A DNA stretch of 64,000 nucleotides from Prevotella sp. (lineage in GTDB: Bacteria > Bacteroidota > Bacteroidia > Bacteroidales > Bacteroidaceae): assembly GCA_017469955.1 (NCBI GenBank), contig JAFUFJ010000002.1, positions 15,695-79,694 on the forward strand, given 5' to 3'. Of this stretch, positions 1 to 8,218 are shown one piece after another; position 1 is the first letter of the stretch; every line of letters starts with the position of its first letter. A program made the translations under genes and the position numbers. Under the pieces are notes generated by a model. It searched no databases. It saw nothing but the letters and a program-made list of their open reading frames with translations, and had not been told where the DNA came from.

Positions 1-1347
1 CAAAGATATGTTGCCTGTCTCACGTTCGTAGTCGGCTGCAAAACGCTCCAAATAGCCAATGGCTACCGCTTCATGCTTCATCTTCAGATGGATGCAACGG
101 CTTTCACACTGCTTTTCCTGCGGACATACGCGTCCACATACTGCAGGAAGGGCAGAGGTCTGCTTGAGTATCTTGGCTGCTTCAAGGAAGTCTCCTTGTT
201 CTATTTGCTTGATAAAGCCAGGAATGTTGATGTTGACAGGGCAGCCTTCCACGCACGTCGGCTTCTTGCAGTTCAGGCAACGCTGAGCCTCCTGCATCGC
301 CATCTCGGGAGTTAATCCGATGTTTACTTCTTCTGTTCGGGTAGTTGCACGATAAACAGGATCAAGTTCTGGCATCCTTATCCGGGGAATGGCTACGCGT
401 TCTTTGGGAGAAAGAGTCTTTTCAATAGGATTGACAGAGACCGGTGCAACCGTCTTTTCATCGACATTCCCTCCTTTGCCAAGACTCTTTTCCCCGGTTT
501 CCGCCTTCTCTGGTTCGTGGTTCAGGACTGCTTCATAGGCTTGAAGACTTTCAATCTCCTTTTTTTTGAATGTGCCCATGCGCTTGAACATTTCGTCCCA
601 ATCCACTTGATGGCCGTCAAACTCGGGGCCATCTATGCAGACAAACTTCGTCTTTCCTCCGATTGTAAGTCGGCAAGCACCACACATGCCGGTGCCATCG
701 ACCATGATCGTGTTGAGAGAAACATCGGTTGGAATGTTGTATTTTTTTGTAAGCAGGCATGAGAACTTCATCATGATGGGAGGACCGATGGCAAATACTC
801 GGTCGATATGTGGCTCTTGCCGGATAAAAGTCTCAATGCCCACGGTGACAACTCCCTTCTCTCCGTATGATCCGTCGTCGGTCATTATGATGACTTCGTC
901 ACTTGACTTGCGCACTTTGTCTTCCATAATAATCAAGTCTTTTGAGCGGCCAGCCAAAACAGACAGCACTCTGTTGCCTGCAGCCTTTAGGGCTTGTATG
1001 ATGGGAAGCATCGGAGCAACCCCGACACCGCCACCTGCGCAGATGACAGTTCCGAAGTTTTCAATGTGCGTAGGATTGCCTAATGGGCCGACAACGTCTT
1101 CTATCATATCGCCTTCGTTCAGTCTGCACAGCTTGATTGATGAGAGACCTACGGCTTGTACGACGAGGGTGATGGTGCCCTTTTCTATGTCGGCTTCGGC
1201 AATAGTGAGTGGTATGCGTTCACCTTTCTTGCCGATACGTACGATAACAAAGTTGCCTGCTTTCCGACTTTTGGCAATTAAGGGGGCCTCAACCTCGAGC
1301 AGGAACACCTTTTCTGAGAGTTGTTCCTTGCGGATAATCTTGTTCAT
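1..1347 (-). CDS. NfnAB-type fusion (PyrK-like FAD/NAD/2Fe-2S domain plus GltD-like NADPH oxidoreductase); 3' end runs off the window
   Basis: Manual translation from ATG 1347: MNKIIRKEQLSEKVFLLEVEAPLIAK...GERIPLT...GPLG...AGGGVGVAP...MVDGTGMCGACR...CIDGPEF, then EAQRCLNCKKPTCVEGCPV and LPAVCGRVCPQEKQCE. Absent from the ORF track because it has no stop in the window. Confidence 0.9.
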   Translation of the reverse strand, partial: MNKIIRKEQLSEKVFLLEVEAPLIAKSRKAGNFVIVRIGKKGERIPLTIAEADIEKGTITLVVQAVGLSSIKLCRLNEGDMIEDVVGPLGNPTHIENFGTVICAGGGVGVAPMLPIIQALKAAGNRVLSVLAGRSKDLIIMEDKVRKSSDEVIIMTDDGSYGEKGVVTVGIETFIRQEPHIDRVFAIGPPIMMKFSCLLTKKYNIPTDVSLNTIMVDGTGMCGACRLTIGGKTKFVCIDGPEFDGHQVDWDEMFKRMGTFKKKEIESLQAYEAVLNHEPEKAETGEKSLGKGGNVDEKTVAPVSVNPIEKTLSPKERVAIPRIRMPELDPVYRATTRTEEVNIGLTPEMAMQEAQRCLNCKKPTCVEGCPVNINIPGFIKQIEQGDFLEAAKILKQTSALPAVCGRVCPQEKQCESRCIHLKMKHEAVAIGYLERFAADYERETGNISL

Positions 1348-1359
1348 AATGTTTATAGT

Positions 1360-3336
1360 TTATTCTAATCCCTTCATCTTTGCAGGTGAAAATTCCAAAT
1401 CAATGATCTGAATTCCCTTCTCATCTATCTGCAAAAGTAGTGATTCTGTTGGCCGGAATTTCAGACTGATCTTTTCACTCTTGCCATGATGGTTGACGGT
1501 GATGTCACGCACAGCTCCCTGATCACTAAAGGCATAGCCATAAGTCATGGGGTAAGTGACGGTCTGTGCCAGTGGGTTGGCTATGAAAACATAATATGTA
1601 TTGCCGTCTTGTCTGCACCAAAGGTCAGGCAGTTCTTCTCCTTCAATCAAAGGCTTGCATATCTTGTCGAGCCCTTCTTCGCCGATCTTAAGTGCTTCAA
1701 GCTCGTTCAACAGGTCAGTATAGTCGTTGTGTTTGTTGACTCCTGGCTCCTTTGGTGTGCGGGAAAGACATACGGGAAGGCCCTGTTTTGCCAGACGAAC
1801 GATTTTCTTTAATGCCTTCATGTCTATGTATTCTGCGTCAATATACAATGCCTTGAAGTCTGCATTTCCGCAGTGTAGAGTACCATTTTTGAACTCGGCC
1901 TTGGCAAGGAAGTGGCCGTTTACCCACAATGGCTGCATGCCTTTATAGGCTGATGGCGTTTGGATATAGCGCAGTTCATAGGGACCTCCGATCCATGGCA
2001 TCATCTTTAATACCTCTTCAGGGTAAGGCTCGCTCATCCAAGAGTCCTCTAATGGTATGTATACAGCTAAGCTGCTGTAGTTATGTCCCTTGCGCATGTA
2101 GTCGGAAACTCGTGTCATATAGCGGTTGAATGCAGTCAGGGCTTCTCCGCTAAGATTGTCGTTCGGGTTTGTGCTTACCTGACATGTCGTGTAGAAATAG
2201 TTGTCAGTCCGACCAACTTTGTTATATGGGAACCCGTGCCAGATGATCTGATTGGTTCCGTTTGCAAAGAGAGCGTCGCAAATAAGCTTCAGGTCGGCAA
2301 TCTGTTCTTCACCCTGATGGGGGCTTTGTCCTCGTCCATTTTTGTAACGTAGGCTTGTCCAGCCATAGGCACAGGTGAATGTTTCGGCCGTAACGGCATC
2401 TTTGTTTCCAAGAGTTGCGGCAGATGCGGCGATCTTACTGAATGAAGGTTCGTAGAGGATGGCTTCTGTTTCAGGGATGTCAACCAGCGTAAATGCCGTG
2501 AGTAAGTCGGTCGGTGCGCCCCCGCATTGTGCCCGAGAAAAGGCACCTTGCTGCTTGGCATTCTCGGCAAAGGGTTGGTAGAACTCGCGCATGACGTATC
2601 CGGAAAGCGTTGACATGTAGTCGTATTTCACGTCAATGTTCTGCTTGTCCGTCAACGATTGGCCTTCCATATAGGGTGTGATGTCGTATCCGTGCTCGGC
2701 CATGAAGGTTTTTTTAAAGCCGTTGGTCCACAGATAATCAGTCTCTACCTCCCAAGAGTCGACGAAAAGTCCTGACTTTGTGCCTGCGTAGGCTTTGGAA
2801 AGATGCTTGTTCATGCGGTCGGCGTAGCGGAAAAATGCCTCTTTGTCCAAGTGGTTGAGGATGCGTCCTACCAGTGGATGGTCCCAGGTGAGTGCTCTTT
2901 TTGCCACGTTGACCGAGTCGAAATAGTTGCGAGACTGGTCGCCGTCGGGCATGTTGACGTCGCTAAACGGCCACAAAGTGCCGTAGGTGAAGTCGCATCC
3001 AAGTCCTAACGAGTCGGCAATATGCTTGGCATACACAACGGCTTTGCTCCATTCTTCTGACATAAAAGCCGGTTTTACGGTCGTAGTATCAAGGCCCATG
3101 GGATAGATCCATGCGATTTCCACACCTCCGAACTCATGGTCTTTCAGCCAAACAAGCTGGTCACGCACGTCATTGGTGTCGATTTCCGTGGCAAACCACC
3201 ACCATCGCGTGTACGGTTTATGATTGGAATACAGCTGCTGGTCGGCCGAGGAGCTTTCTTGTCTTCTGCTATGGCAGCCGATATTTGCCAGGCATGCCAG
3301 TGAAATCAGGATGCTTATACCTGCAGATTTCTTCAT
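1360..3336 (-). CDS. glycoside hydrolase family 106-like (alpha-L-rhamnosidase-like) lipoprotein
   Basis: KPYTRWWW, FGGVEI, FVDSWE, DIPETE and AETFT motifs typical of GH106; lipobox-like signal ending LANIGC. Confidence 0.75.
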   Translation of the reverse strand: MKKSAGISILISLACLANIGCHSRRQESSSADQQLYSNHKPYTRWWWFATEIDTNDVRDQLVWLKDHEFGGVEIAWIYPMGLDTTTVKPAFMSEEWSKAVVYAKHIADSLGLGCDFTYGTLWPFSDVNMPDGDQSRNYFDSVNVAKRALTWDHPLVGRILNHLDKEAFFRYADRMNKHLSKAYAGTKSGLFVDSWEVETDYLWTNGFKKTFMAEHGYDITPYMEGQSLTDKQNIDVKYDYMSTLSGYVMREFYQPFAENAKQQGAFSRAQCGGAPTDLLTAFTLVDIPETEAILYEPSFSKIAASAATLGNKDAVTAETFTCAYGWTSLRYKNGRGQSPHQGEEQIADLKLICDALFANGTNQIIWHGFPYNKVGRTDNYFYTTCQVSTNPNDNLSGEALTAFNRYMTRVSDYMRKGHNYSSLAVYIPLEDSWMSEPYPEEVLKMMPWIGGPYELRYIQTPSAYKGMQPLWVNGHFLAKAEFKNGTLHCGNADFKALYIDAEYIDMKALKKIVRLAKQGLPVCLSRTPKEPGVNKHNDYTDLLNELEALKIGEEGLDKICKPLIEGEELPDLWCRQDGNTYYVFIANPLAQTVTYPMTYGYAFSDQGAVRDITVNHHGKSEKISLKFRPTESLLLQIDEKGIQIIDLEFSPAKMKGLE

Positions 3337-3365
3337 GTTGTCGTTTCTCTAAGGATGGTTTGTTT

Positions 3366-4685
3366 TCAGTCTATCATGTCGAAGCCTGTGTAAGGCTGGA
3401 GGGCTTTGGGTATGCGGATGCCCTCAGGAGTCTGGTTGTTCTCCAGCAAGGCTGCTACAATACGCGGAAGGGCGAGAGCCGAGCCGTTGAGAGTGTGGCA
3501 GAGCTCCGGCTTCTTGGTTTCCTGATTACGATAGCGGCACTTCAGTCTGTTGGCCTGATAGGTATCGAAGTTTGACACCGACGATACTTCGAGCCAGCGT
3601 CCTTGGGCCTCGCTGTAGACTTCAAAGTCGTAGCAGATGGCCGACGTGAACGACTGATCGCCACCGCAGAGCAGCAGGATGCGATAGGGAAGTTCAAGCT
3701 TCTTGAGCAGCCCCTCTACGTGTTCAAGCATTTCCTTGTGGCTCTCCTTCGAGTGTTCGGGCTTGTCGATGCGCACGATTTCTATCTTTGAAAATTCATG
3801 AAGGCGGTTCAGACCGCGTACGTCCTTGCCATACGAGCCGGCCTCGCGTCGGAAACATTCCGTATAGGCGCAGTTCTTGATGGGCAGTTGTGCCTCGTCA
3901 AGTATGACGTCACGATAGATATTCGTCACAGGAACCTCAGCCGTCGGGATGAGATAGAAGTCGTCTACCTCGCAGTGATACATCTGTCCTTCCTTGTCAG
4001 GCAGCTGTCCCGTGCCGTAACCTGATGCCGCATTCACGACGGCCGGGGGCATAATCTCCGTGTAGCCCGAAGCTCTTGCCTCGTCAAGGAAGAAGTTGAT
4101 GAGCGCTCTTTGCAAGCGAGCTCCCTTGCCAATGTACACCGGGAACCCCGCACCTGTGATCTTTACGCCGAGGTCAAAGTCGATAAGATTGTATTTCTTG
4201 GCCAGTTCCCAGTGGGGAAGCGGGTTCTCGATGCCCAGCGACGGGTTGACGTCCCAGTTGCCTACGGTGTCGTTCTCGGCGCATTCTTTGAGGTTCGACT
4301 TGACGACATGATTGTCTTCTGCCCCGAATCCTTCGGGCACCTCGTCGTAAGGGATGTTCGGTATCTGGCAGAGCAGGGTGGTGAGCTCTTCTTCTGCATG
4401 GTCCATCAGCTCTTGCAATTCCTTGTCTTTCTGTTTGAAAGCTGCCACTTCAGCCTTTATTTTGACGGCTTCTTCGCGCATTCCCTGCTTCATGAGTTGC
4501 CCGATTTTGGCAGCCATCTGTTTGGCTTCCTGCTTGGTCTTGTCGAGCTGCTGCTGGGCTTCGCGTCGACGTTTGTCAATAGTCAATACGTTTTCGATGG
4601 CCTCACGTGCACCGTTGAAGTGCTTTTTCTCCAAGCCACGGACAACGTGCTCGGTTTGCTCAGTGATGAGTTTCAGTGTAAGCAT
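3366..4685 (-). CDS. serS: seryl-tRNA synthetase
   Basis: N-terminal coiled coil, LIPTAEVP, CFRREAGSYG, EVSSVSN, HTLNGSALA. Confidence 0.98.
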   Translation of the reverse strand: MLTLKLITEQTEHVVRGLEKKHFNGAREAIENVLTIDKRRREAQQQLDKTKQEAKQMAAKIGQLMKQGMREEAVKIKAEVAAFKQKDKELQELMDHAEEELTTLLCQIPNIPYDEVPEGFGAEDNHVVKSNLKECAENDTVGNWDVNPSLGIENPLPHWELAKKYNLIDFDLGVKITGAGFPVYIGKGARLQRALINFFLDEARASGYTEIMPPAVVNAASGYGTGQLPDKEGQMYHCEVDDFYLIPTAEVPVTNIYRDVILDEAQLPIKNCAYTECFRREAGSYGKDVRGLNRLHEFSKIEIVRIDKPEHSKESHKEMLEHVEGLLKKLELPYRILLLCGGDQSFTSAICYDFEVYSEAQGRWLEVSSVSNFDTYQANRLKCRYRNQETKKPELCHTLNGSALALPRIVAALLENNQTPEGIRIPKALQPYTGFDMID

Positions 4686-4736
4686 GATTTTTTCTTTATT
4701 TTGTTCTACGTTTCTTCTCTATTGATATAAACCCTG

Positions 4737-4926
4737 CAAAGTTACGAAAAGTCGAGCACAATACAAAGAAAAACGGGAACTTGTTTCCGCTTTTTTTTGA
4801 ATTGTCGAGCGTGAGTAACTTATCTAAAATTACAAAAAGTCGAGTGCAATGCAAAGGAAAATACAAAGTTTTTTTGTTTTCATTGCTGAGACGGAGTGAT
4901 TTCGGTGATATCCAAAATTACAAAAA
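4737..4926 (-). repeat. two-unit ~88-bp-period promoter-carrying repeat upstream of serS (copy A)
   Basis: 4737-4828 is the reverse complement of 6779-6869 with 3 differences; second unit 4829-4926 is a diverged homologue of 6680-6778; TAnnTTTG-like boxes on the minus strand at 4737-4744, 4825-4832 and 4913-4920. Confidence 0.9.
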
Positions 4927-5227
4927 GAATCCTATTCAGGGCTCGACAGTCGTGAATAATTTTGGCTTGTCATCCATTTTGCACGCTATCTCAGGCTGTA
5001 GCAGGTCCGTAATCCTGATTTTCCAACCATCGGGAAGTGTTAAAAAATTGGAAAAATGCGGACAAATCTTTTCGCCAACTCTCCTTTCCGAGGCGAAACA
5101 TTCTGCTTGAAACAAAAACAGATCCTTATGATATCCGAATTTGTAACATATTGACTTCGAATTATTTGCGAGCGTTCTTTCTTTTGACACTTGACGGTTT
5201 TCTGTCAGACGGCAAGCCAGTATTCGT

Positions 5228-5334
5228 GAGAACCCTTAGCATTCTGCCTCAGAAAGCTATGGGATGTCGGCGAGAAGTCAATGCCTTCATAGGCGGAACC
5301 CTTTGTCTTGTGGATATGAAAGCTATGCTTTCTC
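5228..5334. repeat. 107-bp five-unit 22-bp-period palindromic element (copy 1, diverged)
   Basis: Units start at 5228, 5250, 5272, 5294, 5316 (GAGAACCCTTAG.., CAGAAAGCTATG.., GAGAAGTCAATG.., CGGAACCCTTTG.., ATGAAAGCTATGCTTTCTC). Confidence 0.85.
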
Positions 5335-5543
5335 AGTCGCAAGCAGGTTTTTCTTCATCGTCTTCTGTCTGCTTTCTCCGGGAAAATGCTTGTTTTGTTA
5401 CCCGAAAAGTCTTTTTCTTGCTGTCTTCAAATGTTAAAATCAGGCAGAAAAACGTACATCTTTCCTCGGCCGGTTTCGATGTCTTATAGGCGATAGCCTC
5501 ATGCCATTCGTGCGTCAACGCCATGCGACTTGCATAAAAGCAC

Positions 5544-5573
5544 AAATCCCGATGCTTGCGAACATCGGGATTT
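5544..5573 (-). terminator. intrinsic terminator hairpin after rpmA
   Basis: AAATCCCGATG-loop-CATCGGGATTT inverted repeat just downstream of the rpmA stop. Confidence 0.7.
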
Positions 5574-5609
5574 GGTTGTTTGTTTGGAATAAGTTGTTTA
5601 CTTGTTTTG

Positions 5610-5873
5610 TTAAGCTTCAGCTTCGGGAATGACCGATACGATGCTCTTGTTGCAGCGGGTCTTGCGGAAGTTTACAGTTCCGTCAACCAGTGCATAGAGG
5701 GTGTCGTCCTTGCCCATGCCTACATTTTCGCCTGGGTTATGCTTGCTTCCACGCTGGCGAACGATGATGTTGCCGGCGATACACTTCTGTCCACCCCAGA
5801 TTTTTACGCCAAGTCGCTGAGCTGCTGATTCGCGTCCGTTCTTAGAACTACCTACACCTTTTTTATGTGCCAT
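5610..5873 (-). CDS. rpmA: 50S ribosomal protein L27
   Basis: [16 protein letters not shown]...GNIIVRQRG. Confidence 0.99.
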   Translation of the reverse strand: MAHKKGVGSSKNGRESAAQRLGVKIWGGQKCIAGNIIVRQRGSKHNPGENVGMGKDDTLYALVDGTVNFRKTRCNKSIVSVIPEAEA

Positions 5874-5890
5874 AATGTGTCCTCCTTGCC

Positions 5891-6208
5891 TTAGGCGATT
5901 ACTTGTTTAACAACTACTTGCGTGAACTGCTGGCGATGACCGTTCTTCTTGCGATAGTCCTTGCGACGCTTCATTTTGAAGACAATCACCTTTTCGCCTT
6001 TTACGAGTGGGTTCACTACTTCTACTACTACCTTTGCACCTTCAACGGTTGGTGCTCCTACCGTGACAGCGCCGTCGTTGTCGACGAGCAAGACCTTGTC
6101 AAATTCAACAGTCTTTCCCTCTTCTGCATCTTGAATGCGGTTGACAAAGAGCTTTTGTCCTTCCTGGACCTTGAACTGTTGACCCTTAATTTCTACAATT
6201 GCGTACAT
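5891..6208 (-). CDS. rplU: 50S ribosomal protein L21
   Basis: [14 protein letters not shown]...[14 protein letters not shown]; upstream of rpmA. Confidence 0.99.
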   Translation of the reverse strand: MYAIVEIKGQQFKVQEGQKLFVNRIQDAEEGKTVEFDKVLLVDNDGAVTVGAPTVEGAKVVVEVVNPLVKGEKVIVFKMKRRKDYRKKNGHRQQFTQVVVKQVIA

Positions 6209-6302
6209 TAATTATTTATTGTAAACGGGTTTTTCCGCAAGGCGATGGGCTTTGTGCCCATGCTTTTCCGAGCCTCCACGGACTAAATCGGGCGCAAAGT
6301 TA
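6209..6302 (-). promoter_or_regulatory. rplU promoter (-7 TAACTTTG at 6302-6295) and structured 5' leader
   Basis: Bacteroidetes -7 consensus; leader has an ATGGGC-ACAAA-GCCCAT hairpin nested in a CCGTGGAGGC/GCCTTGCGG outer stem. Confidence 0.6.
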
Positions 6303-6415
6303 CTAATTTTTCAGTGAAGAAGCATGCGACATCTCGTCGACAGGCGAAGATTTATGATAAATTAACAAAGCAAAAGGGCTGCCCATGCTTCTCGGCAATG
6401 CCTACCGATAGCCAT

Positions 6416-6544
6416 CTGAAAGGAAAGACTTCTGCGGGTGAAAGATAATCTATTGCAGTGTAAAAGATAATATATAGCCGCATGAAAGTTCATCTTTTGG
6501 TGTCAGAAGAGGTAGCGTTGTCGGCAAGAAGGTGGGTGATTCTT
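6416..6544. repeat. degenerate 22-bp-period array related to the 107-bp element
   Basis: nnGAAAG/nnAAAAG starts at 6416, 6438, 6460, 6482, with weaker nAGAAG starts at 6504 and 6526. Confidence 0.5.
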
Positions 6545-6679
6545 GGTGTTGAAGAGGCACATTTGCATGGAGAAAGGGAAGGGGGCGGTGGATGTCGCCA
6601 GCTGACTTTGTGGCGCGAATGGGGCTAAACAAGCGTTCTGGTGTTAATATTTACGAAAACAAGGTTACCGTGTCTGCCT

Positions 6680-6869
6680 TTTTTCGTAGCATGGTCTATC
6701 GCCGAAGTTACCCTGCACTCGGCAACGAAAATAAAAATCATTCATAATTCTTTTGCATTACCCTCGTTTTTTCGTACCTTTAGATAAGTTACTCACGCTC
6801 GACAATCCAAAAAAAGCGGAAACAAGTTCTCGTTTTTCTTTGTATTGTGCTCGACTTTTCGTAACTTTG
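6680..6869 (+). repeat. two-unit ~88-bp-period promoter-carrying repeat upstream of sdaA (copy B)
   Basis: Inverted copy of 4737-4926; ends in TTTG(6839-6842)-N19-TAACTTTG(6862-6869), about 30 nt before the sdaA ATG. Confidence 0.9.
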
Positions 6870-6899
6870 TGGTCCGTTTTTATCTTATGTTTTCAGACA

Positions 6900-8105
6900 A
6901 TGAAATCGCTAAAAGAACTTTACAAGATCGGAAAAGGTCCTTCAAGTAGCCACACGATGGGGCCCCAAAAGGCTGCCCGGATGTTTCTGGAGAAGCATCC
7001 ACAAGCCAGACGTTACGAAGTTTCGCTCTACGGAAGTCTTGCCGCGACTGGCAAGGGACACATGACTGACGTGGCTATTAAGGAAGTGTTGCAGAAGGCA
7101 GCCCCCGTGGAAATACGGTGGTATCCTCAGGTTTTCCTGCCGTACCATCCGAATGGTATGACCTTCAAGGCTTATGATGCAGCAGGTCTTCTCGAAGAGG
7201 AATGGACGTGCTATAGCGTCGGAGGCGGGGCATTGTCTGAGGGAAAGGCCGAAGAGAAAACCTTCCTTACCCCCGAAGTCTACGACTTGAACACCTTGGC
7301 CGACATCCTTTCCTGGTGTGAAAAGCACGGAAGGGGCTATTGGGAGTATGTAGCTCAATGCGAGGATGACGACATATGGGACTATCTGATGGAAGTGTGG
7401 CGGGTGATGCAGGCCTCGGTTGAGCGCGGGCTTGACCAGGAAGGCGCACTGCCCGGACCGTTGAACGTACCGCGAAAGGCCAACAAATATTATGTGAAGG
7501 CAAGCGGATACAAGGCACATCTGCAGTCAAGGGGCTTGGTCTACGCCTATGCCTTGGCCGTGAGCGAGGAGAATGCTTCGGGAGGAACCATCGTGACGGC
7601 TCCGACATGTGGCTCGTGTGGGGTGATGCCTGCTGTGCTTTACCATCTGTCAAGGGGGCATGGATTCAGCGACATGCGCATCCTTCATGCCTTGGCAACG
7701 GCCGGATTATTCGGTAATGTGGTCAAACAAAACGCATCAATATCAGGAGCTGACGTGGGATGTCAGGGAGAAGTCGGCGTGGCTTGTGCCATGGCTGCAG
7801 CAGCTGCCTGCCAGTTGTTCGGCGGAAGTCCTGCCCAAATCGAATATGCGGCTGAGATGGGCTTGGAACATCACTTGGGCATGACGTGCGACCCCGTGTG
7901 CGGTCTGGTGCAGATACCTTGCATAGAGCGCAATGCTTTTGCAGCGGCGCGTGCCTTGGACTCCAACCTTTATTCGGCTTTCTCTGACGGTAAGCACAAT
8001 GTTTCGTTTGACAGGGTGGTACAAGTGATGAAGCAAACGGGACACGACCTGCCCTCCCTTTACAAAGAAACGAGTGAAGGTGGGCTGGCAAAGATCACGG
8101 AATAG
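6900..8105 (+). CDS. sdaA: L-serine ammonia-lyase (Fe-S L-serine dehydratase)
   Basis: IGKGPSSSHTMGP, LYGSLAATGKGH, APTCGSCG, VGCQGEVG, EHHLGMTCDP, PCIERN; start placed at MKSLKELY. Confidence 0.95.
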   Translation: MKSLKELYKIGKGPSSSHTMGPQKAARMFLEKHPQARRYEVSLYGSLAATGKGHMTDVAIKEVLQKAAPVEIRWYPQVFLPYHPNGMTFKAYDAAGLLEEEWTCYSVGGGALSEGKAEEKTFLTPEVYDLNTLADILSWCEKHGRGYWEYVAQCEDDDIWDYLMEVWRVMQASVERGLDQEGALPGPLNVPRKANKYYVKASGYKAHLQSRGLVYAYALAVSEENASGGTIVTAPTCGSCGVMPAVLYHLSRGHGFSDMRILHALATAGLFGNVVKQNASISGADVGCQGEVGVACAMAAAAACQLFGGSPAQIEYAAEMGLEHHLGMTCDPVCGLVQIPCIERNAFAAARALDSNLYSAFSDGKHNVSFDRVVQVMKQTGHDLPSLYKETSEGGLAKITE

Positions 8106-8218
8106 CTTTTGACGGCTGAGAAGGGAAGGGCCGATACGTAAGGAAGCAAATGGGCAGAGGCTAATGTCCTTCAGCGGACAAAGCGCTCGTCTTGGCTTCA
8201 ACGGGATGCTCTTCGCTG

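Noticed and set aside
635-1411. 258-aa plus-strand ORF
   Set aside because: Antisense shadow of the nfnAB-type gene on the minus strand.
4936-5545. Small ORFs in the serS-rpmA gap
   Set aside because: They cross repeat elements and have non-protein-like composition; likely spurious.
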